From Podarcis gaigeae (Eukaryota): a DNA stretch of 64,000 nt. A model generated the notes under the pieces. The model did not search any database, was not told the origin of the DNA, and saw only the letters and a program-made list of their open reading frames with translations. The stretch lies in the NCBI GenBank assembly GCA_964106915.2, contig OZ066915.1. One strand, written 5' to 3'. Positions 1-12,606 of this stretch are shown in pieces (positions within the stretch are counted from its first letter, which is position 1; each line of letters starts with the position of its first letter). The position numbers were made by a program, and so were the translations under genes.

Positions 1-222
1 GCGCAAGACGAAAGGGTTTTTCGGTTTTTGCGTCGCTTCGCAAGACGAATTTCCCTATGGGCTTGCTTCGCAAGATGAAAACGTCTTGCGAGTTTGTTCG
101 CTTTTTTCCTAAAGCCGCTTGAAGAGGCGCAGTTGCAACGGACCGTGCTTCGCAAGATGAAAAACATCGCAAGACGAAAAGACTCGCGGAATGAATTAAT
201 TTCGTCTTGCGAGGCACCACTG
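1..222. mobile_element. Right end of a Tigger/pogo-like MITE, cut by the window edge
   Basis: Ends ...ttcgtcttgcgaggcaccactg followed by TA. Repeated cgcaagacgaa subterminal motifs; many CpGs retained. Confidence 0.75.
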
Positions 223-1144
223 TAAATTTAAGGGTACCTGGTGACTCCCCCAGGTGTTTGTTACTTGATCTGAAGGGCACATTCAAACTCCAGTCTTACA
301 GCTCAGTCTTTGGAGACACTTAGTTTAGGACAGTGATCACTCGTGATTTTTGGTATACCTCACATAATATTTTTATGACATTTTTCAATTTTAGCTTTGA
401 GGTGCTTTCTCCCAAAAAGTTATATGCTGCAACGTATTTGCAGCTCCACTGTACTGTTTACATTTCTCTCTTTTATTGTATTATCCTTTCTGCCATTTTT
501 TTTTGCTCTGTTTTCCTTCTTTGAGTCTTGTAGCTTCTTTCTCTACTTGCATAACAGAGTGAAATAAAGGCATATTTGAGGGGCAGGAGGGGAGAAAATT
601 GTAGCTGCTCAGGTACTGATGGCCAAGCTAGGAGTCCTTCCTGTTCCCCAAGGTTCTCTTGTGCCCTTCAAGTGGGGAGGGCGGCCCCTACCGATTTGAG
701 AAATCCTGATCTAATGCACAGTCTCCAGTAAGGCTTAATTAAGGTCTATTTATTCCTCAAGGAGGAAGGGAAAGCAGTTATTAAATTGAGCTTGGGTGCG
801 TGGGAGCAAAGCTCTTCTCATGAGCAGTTGATTTCCTGATCAGTCTTGTTTGTACTGCCAGTAACAGCTGATTAGAGGCACTGTCAATAATGTCTCTGTG
901 TTCTCCTGATGAGTGGGGGCTGAGAGATGAAGATACACTTGTAGATGGAACTGTAGGGGATGTTTCACATATAATTTCCTGAAATACAGTTTAGTATATT
1001 GGTCTTTTACAAAACAGCTTGCACTTGATTTTGAAATAAATAATTCTCTTGTACACTTTGTAGACCCAGAAATGTGTATACTTTACAACTGGTTTCGACT
1101 TTAATCATCAGTATTCTATATTTTACTCAGTTTTTGGACCAGAG

Positions 1145-1330
1145 CACATATGCCTTCTACCAGATCAGACTGTTCATCCATCAAACCCAGTTTTGTTCAC
1201 TTTGCGTGGCAGTGACTCTCCAGGGAGTCAGGCAGAGGCATCTTTAACATCACTTGCAATGTGGTTTCCTAATTGGAGATGCCAGAGATTTAACTTGGGG
1301 ACAAAGCATGTTCTCCAACACTGAATGGGG
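1145..1330 (-). mobile_element. Degenerate squamate tRNA-derived SINE with CR1-like tail
   Basis: Similar to 19840-20200 and to the reverse complement of 62598-62756; boundaries approximate. Confidence 0.5.
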
Positions 1331-1415
1331 TAGTAGTCTGGCTAATGCTTTCTGTGTTCTGCAATGTGTGTCTTATGAATGGGTAAGGTGGATAAGTAGA
1401 ACACAAACCCTACTC

Positions 1416-1870
1416 CAGTGGTTTTCAGACTTTCTTGTCTGGACCAAACTTCCTTGTCTGAATAAAAATTTGTTCATGCCACACCAATTTTTTTTTTTTA
1501 CTGATAAGAAATACATTGGGAAACAAAAAGAAACGACCCCTGGCAGTGCTTGATTTATAACAAGCGAAATCAATTACGTTATAAGATGATCATGGGGCAT
1601 CCAGAAAGTATAAAATAAGTCTTCTCCAGCACTCTTGAACCGGATCACTCTTGAACTGGATCACAACTAGGTTTGTCCTCAGTATCGATTGATGCTCCCA
1701 TTCTCATTTTGAAAAGATACCTATCCATATTCTTCAATATAAATATATAGAGAGAGATACAGTACAGATACAGATATTACACTGTACTGAAATGTTTAAA
1801 TGTTTCTTTGATTGTCCTTGAAACTTCTTGCCACACCAATATGGCACGCCACACCCTTTGAGAACCACTG
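1416..1870. mobile_element. Non-autonomous hAT (Charlie-like) element
   Basis: Termini cagtggttttca...tgagaaccactg; 8-bp TSD ccctactc/ctctactc. Confidence 0.7.
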
Positions 1871-3645
1871 CTCTACTCTGTTGCCCTTTTCATGTTCCGA
1901 TCTTTATTGAATTAAAGATTGGTTAAAGATTCTTTAAACTTCCCCCTCCCCTGAGCTGTGTTATAATCTATTTTATTTTGTCTTTGCAATGCCTTGTAGG
2001 TATCTTCAATTTATGGAACTGATCTTCTTTTGCACTTCAGTGAATGAAGTCTGAATCAAAATCATTGATATATTGGTATTGTGTATGAAGTAATGCTTAA
2101 TACTGTTCCGTCTTTCATCTCCTTGGCTCTGTGTATTTTATTTCTTGAATTGTGGGTGGGATGTGGGAAGCCATGTCCTTTTAAGCATGGATTCTACTTC
2201 CTTTAATTGTCAGGCCCACTTCCTTTTATCTGCTTTCCAACCAGTTCCTGTGGTATAGATCATCCTTGTTCATGTCTGACTACATATTGCTATTCATATA
2301 TTACAAACAGGAGGAGGATGCCATTAAGAGTCAGTTCATCCATTTGTCTTCCACATGTATAGTTACCAAGCTCTTTGATTTTGTAGGGGAAGTGAACTCA
2401 TCTTAGGATAAAGTTTGCAGGAAATACCCTATAATCAGTTTAGAAGGCAGCTTTCATTTTCTTGGAACTCTTTTTGGTAACCCATGTGTTGCGCAAGAAG
2501 CCTTCAAGTGAGGGCTGAATTTTTTTGTTCTCATCTCTTTTTGTATGAATAAGAAAACCAGTAAACCCACTGCCACTTAACACTGTGTTATCGGTTTTGA
2601 ATGGAGGATGCAATCAATCATAGGAATTAGATGTGAACTAGCAATTATAGAAGCCTTGGAAACAGATCTGGAGCTTGGTCTCACTTAGTTTTTCACCACT
2701 GTCAATCTGAAGCAGCTCCATTGGACATTCCAGAGCTGATTTTGTTGGTCTTTCATTAAATAAGTTATTACTTTTTACAGAACATGTGCAACATTGCTAT
2801 TAAAATTGATTTTTTTCAAATGTATGCAGCCGTGGGATGTATTATTAAGTTCATAATATGAAGTATTTAAAAGCCCTCAAGTGATCAATACAAATAAGTG
2901 CTTTATAACTAGAGAGACCCGAGGTCTCATTGACTGCAATATTTGTCTTCATGGGGGCACAGAAGCATAATGCGAGGAAAATGTTCTGCTGTATTAGAAT
3001 TAAAAATCCATGCAGATCTCTCTGGGACAGCACTTGAGGAGCTGTTACTGCTGATTCAGTTACTGCTGGAAAATCCATTAGGATTACCACTTCTGATGTA
3101 GTGGATGTTCTTACAAAGAATGATAGAAAAAATGACAAAGCCAGATTTGTTGATGTTCCGATCATTTTACTTTGCCTGTGGTTGCGATCCTATTACAGAC
3201 TTAATCCTACTAAAAAGCACCATTGAACTCAGTGGGATAGAATTGTGTTGTAATGTAAGGAAAAGGGCCTTTTCAGTTGTGGCATTCCTTCCCTAGAGAA
3301 GCCCAGCTAGTGCAATCACTACTGTTCTTTGAGAAAACAGTGAAAACAGGTTTAGATAATTCTCCATGTTCATTTAATCCTACTCCAGGGCCCCCTCTTT
3401 GGGAGTATTGGGGAGGTATGTAAGTTGCTGCTTTCCCTGCCCCTATCTCCTGGTAAGCCCCCTCCTCATAAACACACAGGTATAGGGCTATATAGGGGCA
3501 GCACTGGGGGCACTTTGCCCAGAACCTCCTCAAAACCTGGAGCCAGTTATGCATTCGGACTTGAGAGGATATTAGGAACCAAATAGCCTCATAATCAGAG
3601 TTGTATCAGAACAGTTCTGTGATAGGAGAGCTTTAATGCAGAGGC

Positions 3646-3681
<36 letters not shown>

Positions 3682-3692
3682 CGCGCGCGCGC
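3646..3692. repeat. (TG)n(GC)10 compound microsatellite
   Basis: Directly visible alternating purine-pyrimidine run. Confidence 0.95.
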
Positions 3693-5098
3693 TGATTATA
3701 AAGTGACTTCTAAAAACATTTTGCCATCATCTTAAATTTAAGAAATAATTGATGTTGGTGGGTGGCATAAAGGGTGCTAATTGGTTCCTGTAAATCTTTT
3801 AAGTGCATTAGCGGGATGTGCTCATAATGAAATATCTAGGAGCTTCATAGCGCACGCTTGGCTCATATGCTAGCTGTATTTTGTTTCATTTATGGAGAAG
3901 GGTTTCTGTGCCACTCATCACTGTATCACCTGAGCACCTTAATGCACCACTTTAAAAAGAAGCAAGCAAGCATTGTGTTGTTCCTTTTATTCCTCTTACA
4001 AAGGAAGCAAAATCAGAGGTAAATATTTAGAAAGGAAGGAAGCATGGAAGGGTCCCATCAATTTCTAAATAATTCCTTTGACGTTCATGGGATATATCCA
4101 GAGCTGGTGATTTGTCAGCAAGTTCACCTCCTGATCTTAACAGAAAGCAAATTTTAGCGATTTCAGAGGAAAGCACTTGCATGTGCTTAAACAGAGATCC
4201 CCACCAATACTGAAGTTCGGTCATCGCTATTTTTGATTTAGGACTTGTGAGTTCAGAAAGCACTGGAAAATGAGATTTTAATGAACTTATCTGCTAAGAA
4301 GGTTTTAAAAAATATACCCTTGCCAGCTCAGAATTTCCTGACCCCACCATACTGTAGCCAGATTGCATGATTTATCTTTTGACAGAACTGTGCCTCTAAT
4401 TTCCATTGGAATATTTGAAATGGTTTGGTATCATTGTCACTGAACAATCAGAGCACACCAGGACAAAAAGCGTGTGTGCCCAAAATCCAAAGGAAGGGTT
4501 TGGGGGATTAAGGGAGAGAACCAGTCCTATTTATTTATCGTGCTTTGAAATCCCAGTTCATGTTCTGATAGTTTTAATAGTTTTTATTCTTGCAACATCC
4601 CTGTGGGGTAGGTAAAGGGCATTTTCAAACTAAAGCAGACAGATTTTAAGTGCCTTTCATAAAGCTATATACAGAAAGAACATTATTGTTGTTGTTGCTA
4701 TTGTTATTATTTATTAAATTTATATACCACCCTTCATTTACAGCATAAGAATACCAAATGAGAACACAAAATATGTAACAACGACAACTAAAGAAAACCA
4801 ATAATCCCCCTCCCACAAACACGTATAAAAGGTCATAAATTAAAAGTAAGATAAACATTTAGTGCATAGGAAATACTGCCTCTGTTCTGAAATCTGCCTC
4901 ATGCTGCATTTAAAAAAAAGGATGCCCACATGCTTACTGCTGAAATTTGCCAAAAGAGTAAAATAAAAAAGAAGACAAAAGACTTAGGGCTTAGGCGGTA
5001 GAGTTTCTTCCTGTTAAAATTGTAGGATTGCAGCTATATTTATTATATCTCAGTATCTAAGAGTGGTTATATATGTTATACATATTAGTATGCATGCG

Positions 5099-5138
5099 TG
5101 TGTGTGTGTGTGTGTGCGCGCACACACACACACACACA
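5099..5138. repeat. (TG)9-CGCG-(CA)9 palindromic microsatellite
   Basis: Directly visible; self-complementary over 40 bp. Confidence 0.9.
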
Positions 5139-6140
5139 GACACGCACGCACACAATTAGATTTGTGCTGTTGGGAATCAACTAATGGCACAGCCAGTGGC
5201 CTTAAAATTGTTGCTCATGAGCAATTTTATCATCCTCTCCAATATACTCTGCAGGGCGAAAGGAGTTCTGGTTTCAGTAAATTGATTTCAGTTGAAGTGC
5301 AGTTTAGCTGGAAATAAGTCTCAGTTATTGCACAAGGTGGTTCATCTGTTAATATTTCTCTCTGGCTTATTAAGCAATTCATTATCAGAACACTTCAAAA
5401 GTAGAAAAATGTGTATTTAATGGGAAACTGTTGATCCTCTTGCCATGGGACTAATATGAGCATGCCAAACCACCACACCTCTACCACATAACATCATTAT
5501 GAATATGTGGTTGATGAGAGTCCAAAGAAAGAGAATTCTCAATGGGATGATTGGAGCCTCACCCTTGCCTGATGCTAATCTCAGCGGAGAGATTGCATTG
5601 GTAATGCAAAGTGGGATCCTTTTTAATAGTGTTTTGTAGTACTGCCCTGGGGGTAGAAATACTGAAGGACAGGATTTATAAATATAATTACAAACCAACC
5701 AACCAACCAAATAAATAAATAAACGGAGAAGTTCTGTTTGTAAGTTTTGAATTTATGACAACTTATTTTAGACCGTTGTGAGGTTTTGACACATTTCATT
5801 GCCTTTTGCTGTCTATGAAAAACACTAGAGTTGACAACCTTCTTGCTGGCATTGCTCCTGTACCTGTATTTTTGCCCTAAAGCAGGACTGGCAGAAATTA
5901 AGCATTTTACACTTTCCTCCAAACATAGATCTGATGGGAAGCATCACCTGTTCTATTTCTACCTGTCATGCAGTTTTTAGGTGCAGCAGTCCTTCCTTTA
6001 AAAAAAGTTGGCAATTAGTAAACATCCATCAAGCAGTATTTATATCCATCGTAACTCATTTCACCTAAGGAGGGATATAAATAGATAGCTTCCATTCCAT
6101 AGTGGTTGAACCACGGCTTTCCCAGGCCTGTTTTTATGTA

Positions 6141-6553
6141 GCAGGTCCCCGCTATAAGAATGCTCATTATCCAAAATCTCAGAGAGACACAAAGAATTAT
6201 ACCCAAACCTCGCTACACAAATGGCTGATTCAGATATCTGAACAGCCGAGAGTTTGCCCACTTTCTTACTTGTTTGTGTTTTGCTGGTTGGCGGCAGCCA
6301 TTTTAAGCAGAAAGCATGGAGGGAGGACGAGAGATCGGACAAATTGGAGAGCTGGAGAGATCGAACAGCCTCCCCCCTTGTTTGACTTCTTCTGATTGGT
6401 TGCAGCAGTTTCAGTCAGAAAGCAGGGAGGGAGGAAGAACCAACAAATGACGAATTAGATATGTCCCCATAGGAAATAATGAAAGCCATCAACTTGTTAC
6501 GCAAACACTCGCTTAACAAACAATTTCCTGGGATATTGAAAAGCAGGACCTGC
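6141..6553. mobile_element. Old Tigger-like MITE
   Basis: Inverted ends gcaggtccccgct / agcaggacctgc; internal ccccataggaaataatg motif typical of Tigger-derived elements. Confidence 0.5.
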
Positions 6554-7509
6554 GTGTGCTTTTGAATTCGTTTGTGTTAGTCTAATTACATAGTCCCTTA
6601 GCACTGTGTCTGGGATTGCTATAGTGATTCCAGCTCTCTTTCAAGGGGCTGCTTGCATATTACATTTCCCCTGCTGCTCTAGAGTGAAAAGCACTGAACT
6701 GTCTAGAAATGGTGCTGGCTCTGCATTTTCTCTTTCTCTTATGCCTGTGACATAAGTGAAGAACAAGATACTTGATGGCCAAGAGAGCTCCTCTGTTGAA
6801 CACTGTCAAAAGCCAATAGTTCCACTCAGTAGGTTTTTTTTTTAAAAGAAAACTTTATGAATAGCAATAACTTTATATGATGCTGAGGAAGATAAATGGA
6901 GCATAAATGGAAAAAGAACTTTACCCTCAGGCCTCGTCGTTTAGCGATTCATAAGCCATTAATCGCCTCATACCCATCAAGTACATTTGTCGAATAGGCT
7001 CCGGGGTACTTGTGAGTGGAGCTTGGCAAACTAATTACAGTGCTAATGTAATTACACATAAATGGAATGCAAGTGTATGTGTGTAAGAGACAAGAGAAGG
7101 AGATTGGCCGTATAACCAACGAGCGTTCCCGTTCATGCAGGCATCGCATATAATTCTTGCTTACTGTTTAAAAGCCCCAGTGGAGCTCCAGTCTTCTGCT
7201 CACCTTCAGAACTAAGTGAAGCCAGCCAGGAGATGGAAGAGGTTTTTCAGCAACTAAGTCCCATTTCTTGTGGGTTCAGCTGGTGGTATCACTAACAATG
7301 AAAAATTTACAGTCTTCACTGGCCAGAGGGAAAAGGCTGTAACAGAAGGCGTAGGGTAAGGATACAGTTGCAGGCATAAGAAGTTTGTTTCCATTTTGAA
7401 TTAAATAGGCACTCTCTCAGTGCTTTTGTCAACTCTGGCTTGGTGTTACATTACTTTTGAAAACCCTCTCTGTACCTTCTTCACCTTTGTCCTGCTTTAT
7501 GAAAGAAGA

Positions 7510-8850
7510 ACAGTTTGGACCCAATGCTAAGCCATAGTTTGTTTAAACCACGGTTTGTGAAGAAGTAGGGTTCCACTCACAGACAAACAAAGGAACAGTG
7601 GTTTATTTCATTTGAGGTTGGTTTCTTGTCCCCCTGCCTCTTTTTAGCATTTCAGGCCTGGCTTCTATTACGAGCTTTTATTGGGAGTAGTGACTTTCTT
7701 ATTTCTTTTTATACAAGTGTTCATCTTCCTGTTTAACCGGTGAGCTGAACGATGCAACCTCTGTAGGCCTACTTCTTCAGAGAGGTGGCTAAATACTACT
7801 AGATTATAGTACATTCTCTGGAATTCCATTTGCACCTCCTGTCTATTCCACAGGTTGACAAAGATCCTTACCTCTTCCATGTTCCAGTCTTTGACCTCAT
7901 GCATGTGGGGTGCCAATTGCTGTGAAATCCTTGTATCCTTAGCCACAGCAGAGGGAGTCTATGAGAGAAAGTCTTGTCTGCCGTAGCTGTGGCAGTGACC
8001 TCTCTGTGTGTTTTAGGTCCCAAGAATACCAATTTAGATTACACATATTAGTTTATTCACCTTCCAAGGAAACATGAAGAAGTACCAGGTGTGTGTATGG
8101 GTTTTTTATTGTCCTTTACTGGACAGTACCTGCTACATGCTCTTCATAGCCTTGATACCTAGGTCCAGCATGACTGCCTCAAGGGAGCATGCATGCTTGG
8201 GTCCATGGAAATAGCTTTCTGGAGTCACTCTTCGGTCAACAATGTACAAAGTACAGAAGATTCGCAAATGTGGCTTTCCCAGAAGCAGAACTGCAAAAAG
8301 CACTTGAGTGTGGAGGAGCAAAGGTTGGCGTTGTCTGCTTCCTTTGTGTGGGTTTTTGCATTGGTTTTTTAAATTGGATAAGTTGCTAAGAGCAAAATTA
8401 TGCTTTTATTATGCGTTCCTGGATAGATGTTAGGAAAATGGCCCAATGTTTTTCTCAGGTTTTTTCTTCCCACACGCGTGCTGCAGAGCTAGGCTGGAGA
8501 GAGAGGAGAGGGCTAGTCAGCAAGGAGGTTTGTGGAAGAAGAAGCCTGCTGTCAGGTAGAGTGAGGACAAGGTGCAGAAAACGTTGCCCCGTACCTCTGT
8601 AACCATGCAAAGTGAATGGCTGGGATGGAGATTTGGGGGGGAAACTAGGATGAAGTCAAGATAGTCTGATCAGATATGACACCACACCATGGTTAATGCA
8701 AGTCAGGATTGCCATGGTTTCAGATTATGGTTTGTTGGCTCCCAATAAACCATACAAACCATAGCTAATTCGTTGGGAAGTGAGTTGAGATGTGGAAATA
8801 AAACCACAGTTAAGCTAAACAAACCATGGCTTAGCATTAACTTGAAACAT
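7510..8850 (-). mobile_element. Degenerate PIF/Harbinger-like element carrying a Myb/SANT-like ORF
   Basis: Inverted repeat 7523-7545 (aatgctaagccatagtttgttta) vs 8816-8838, 22/23 match; internal minus-strand ORF 7668-7946 resembles a Myb/SANT-like (trihelix) domain. Outer ends are eroded. Confidence 0.65.
7668..7946 (-). pseudogene. Myb/SANT-like DNA-binding domain remnant (Harbinger accessory-ORF type)
   Basis: WNMEEVRIFVNLWNRQEVQMEFQRMYYNLVVFSHLSEEVGLQRLHRSAHRLNRKMNTCIKRNKKV fits the spacing W..EE...l..lW......f....N..v...i...m....R....C..K...l...YKK of Myb_DNA-bind_4, matched by eye. The usual QC motif is missing and the ORF starts at GTG. Confidence 0.55.
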
Positions 8851-11677
8851 AGATTCATAGCAAAGGCACTGCCATAATTTCTGTTCTACTTAATATCTGT
8901 ACTGGCTCTACCTCAGATTTAATGTATGGGCATTAAGAAAAATGTGGTCACTTACGGTAGACTATTTGTTGTACTCCACCTTAAGTTTACCTGTTAGACT
9001 GCATAAAAGAAAAGGTAGGAATCATGCAAACTAGGGCTTCCAAATACTGAAACTTGTTTGGTTGACTGGCTTTGAATTACTTAACAGTTGGTTGACATAG
9101 AAATAATTGGTTTACATTGAAATAAATACAAGTTTTTTCTCAGCACAGGTGTCATTTAGGTTATTTGTAGAATGGAAGTGCTGATTTCTCATTTAATAGC
9201 ACAACAGAATAATTTGTTTAGACAGACCTTGCTTCAACTTGAATGGATTGTTCAGTTAATGCTTTCAGTCCTATGAAAGAATACTTCCAATAATATATAA
9301 ACAAAGAATCCTCAAGCTAGCTAGCTTTGTCACATCTGGACTGCAATACACACTTCAGGTTCTGTAGCAGTGAAGAACAAGTAGAAAGGCACTTGTTTCC
9401 CAAAACATAACTGGATACTGAAATGGTTGATGAACTGACTTGTTCTCCTCCAGCTCATGGAAAGCATTCCAGTCACTTCGGGGCTAGGGTCCTCCTCCCC
9501 CCATTTTCCAGAGGCACGGCCCTTCAACTTTTGTTGATCTAGAAGGGCCTAGACCTCCCTCCGTGTTCCCATGTCAGACCTGCCTAATGTCAGAAATACA
9601 GAGTCTTGTCAGAGCTCCAGAGAAATTTGACAGTCCTCCCCAAAAGGATAGCTTTGATCTTTTACCCAGCCTGTCATGAATTAGGCAGGGCAAGTGCAAG
9701 TGAAATGGAACATTAGTCCATTCGGTACGTCTTTGCTCCCTCTCACAACTGGGTGGTGGGAGTGCACAACAGTGTCTGCAGGTTCTGTGGGTGGAATGAG
9801 CATCTGGGGGCAGAAAGGTAAGGACAGCAAAGGGATTGCAGCCTACACAACAGAGGTATTTTGGTGCAGAACACTCCGTTTTCTCTTCTCACTGCCATCC
9901 CCCCACATCACTGCTCAGCAATGGCATGATATAAGCTCTTCTCCTTTGGTGGTGGTGGGGAGCAGCCTGATCAAAGGGGCCTTCCCCAGCCATTCCTTAC
10001 CCTGGTCTTCACTCAAACAAGAAGGGAAAAGGGAATAGAAGCAGCTCCCCAGGAAGAGGCAGCGAGAGAGAGGCACCACAAGAGCTACAACAAGTTTTCT
10101 AGCATTGTGATCCTACTCAGTCCTCAGAGAAAAGGCATGTGTCGTGGTCAGAAACCTTCCAGGATTTGATTATCTAAATGCACATAGCCTCTCCTTCCTT
10201 GACTCAGGATCTCGATTAGTGAAAAGGCTTACCATTTTAAAGGGTGCTGATATGCATACTCAAGCTCTCGCTGGACAATGCTTCTTTATACTGCCATCTT
10301 CAGTATAAGCCAGTAGCTATAAACCTCTCAAAAAGTTGTCTGTGTGTACTGTGCCATGAAGCAGTATATACTAAGGCTGTGTACCAGCCACAAGATCCAA
10401 CCTGTACCTGTAGCTTTGGGAAGCAACCCATCTGTTTTAGCAACTTTTATGTCTTTTCAGCTCAACACATTATTTGAGACCAGATAGATCTGTTAGAAAA
10501 ACGAATTTGTTGCTTTCTTTCCATTCACTACAATGAGGAATATAAACAGGGATATAACTTTTTTAGTTTTACAGAGGTGCATGACATAAGAGCCTCCCCA
10601 GAATGGATTAAGCCAGCAAAATTGTAGGCAACTGATTTTTTTTATATATATAAAATGGGGTTTCTGTTCCCCATAACATATTTTTGCAGATACAGAAAGA
10701 GAGAGCTCTCTTATCAACTATGCTTCACTTTTCCTTTTTCCTTTTTTTAAAAAGGCCACCCAGGTCTACCTGGGACTTTAGGAAGTTCCTGATCCATTGC
10801 TTTGTTAATGGCACAATCCAACTACAAACTATGAAAACCTCACCCAAATCACCCCTATTTGCCTTATAATTTGGGAAGTACACAGAGTCAATGTGTGCTT
10901 CCTATTATATATCAAATTTAGATTCTGAAAGCATCCTGTAGTCATCCATGAGGTTTGCCAACAGCAAAACTGGTACTGTTAGGTTTCTCTGCATGTTCTA
11001 GCGTAACTATTCTAGCGTTTGAAAGCCCTAGTAGGGAATTGTGTTGTCTGGCTGGCTGAATCCCAGACTGACATAGACATGCAAGATGCCAATCCAGATC
11101 CTTGCCTAAACTTGTCAAGCCAAGGAAAACAGCATGAAAATGGATGGCTCTTTGAGATGCTCTTTATGTTGCCCAGGTGTCCAAGCACATTGTAGATCTG
11201 CATGTTTTCTGAGCCAATTACTCCCTGCCAAAATTCAGATAGTGGTATCTGAATAAATTGTTCAAATCGCATACACCTTATTCTCTCGACAATGTTTAAC
11301 TCTCCCTCTCTCTTTTAATATTGTGCCTATCCTTGGTCTTCTGCACAGCTGTTAACACAAAACTACTCAGATTTCTACATTATTTTCCATAATTTATTCT
11401 GTGTACAACCTTAAGTTTTTCAAAGAATTTAGTGTGCTTGACAAGAGGTGGGGAAACAGAAATGCGTAAAGAGAGAGAAAGGACTGGATACTGAGACCTA
11501 AACGCTTGTGAAGGGGTGTGTACTGGGAATAGCTACAGGGCAAAGAGAATAGAGAACCAAAGTCCCAGCTCTCAATCACTGGCAGTGCTTCACCAAATGC
11601 TACAAAAAAAACAGCTTCTTTCTACTTAATAGCTTTAACTAGGAAGTAACTACTTGTACCATAATCATACCCTAGAT

Positions 11678-11883
11678 CAGTAGCTCCCAACCTTTTTTGA
11701 CCATGCCCCACCTAAGCATCTCTAAAATCCTGATGCCCTCCCCCCGTGAGATGTAATTCTTATTATTTAAAAAGGAAGCCTAAAATGAGTTATTAACTAT
11801 TAATAACTCATTCTCGAATTCCCACCCCCTTAAAAATCAAATTGCCCCCCTGTGGGGTGTGTACCCCACATTAGGAACCATGG
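11678..11883. mobile_element. Non-autonomous hAT (Charlie-like) MITE
   Basis: Termini cagtagctcccaacc...ttaggaaccatgg; TSD ccctagat/tcctagac. Confidence 0.6.
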
Positions 11884-12015
11884 TCCTAGACCCAAGCCCA
11901 GGAGGGGGTGACATTTCAGGGTCAGGACATCCTGGACTGCAGGCCCATTATCATGAAAAAGAATAAAATAGGCTAAATTGCCAGACTTAATTATCTGTAA
12001 CTATATGGGGTATCT

Positions 12016-12378
12016 GGACACTGGTGGCACTGTGGTCTAAACCACTGAGCCTAGGGCTTGCCAATCAGAAGGTCAGCAGGTCGAATCCCCGTGACGGGGT
12101 GAGCTCCCGTTGCTCGGTCCCAGCTCCTGCCAACCTAGCAGTTCGAAAGCACGTCAAAGTGCAAGTAGATAAATAGGTACTGCTCCGGTGGAAAGGTAAA
12201 CAGCACTTCCAAGTGCTGCCTTGGTTTCGCCAGAAGCGGCTTAGTCATGCTGGCCACATGACCCGGAAGCTGTACGCCAGCTCCCTTGGCCAGTAAAGCG
12301 AGATGAGTGCCGCAACCCCAGAGTCGTTCACAACTGGACCAAACAGTCAGAGGTCCCTTTACCTTTACCTTTACCTTT
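12016..12378 (+). mobile_element. Sauria SINE, full length
   Basis: tRNA-like head (ggtggcactgtgg...tcgaatccc), core gtgcaagtagataaataggtac, (ACCTTT)n tail; 14-bp TSD tatatggggtatct at 12002-12015 and 12607-12620. Confidence 0.92.
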
Positions 12379-12380
12379 TA

Positions 12381-12606
12381 CAGTGGTACCTCGGGTTAAG
12401 TACTTAATTTGTTCCGGAGGTCCGTACTTAACCTGAAACTGTTCTTAACCTGAAGCACCACTTTAGCTAATGGTGCCCCCTGCTGCCGCCGTGCCGCCGG
12501 AGCACGATTTCTGTTCTCATCCTGAAGCAAAGTTCTTAACCTGAGGTACTATTTCCGGGTTAGCAGAGTCTGTAACCTGAAGTGTATGTAACCTGAGGTA
12601 CGACTG
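12381..12606. mobile_element. Tigger/pogo-like MITE, copy 1 (226 bp)
   Basis: TIR cagtggtacctc...gaggtacgactg with TA on both sides; near-identical to 24591-24832 and 43737-43978 but missing one 16-bp subrepeat. Confidence 0.9.

Noticed and set aside
1-222. Regularly repeated cgcaagacgaa motifs, superficially array-like
   Set aside because: Subterminal MITE repeats in vertebrate DNA with irregular spacing; not CRISPR.
8017-8088. 72-nt exon-like segment (ttttag|...ccag|gtgtgt)
   Set aside because: It has an in-frame TAG in the required phase, a weak donor and lies inside a TE remnant. Nothing supports a poison exon without RNA data.
12016-12100. tRNA-like A/B boxes (also at 18760, 35335 and 62100)
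   Set aside because: These are SINE heads, not tRNA genes.
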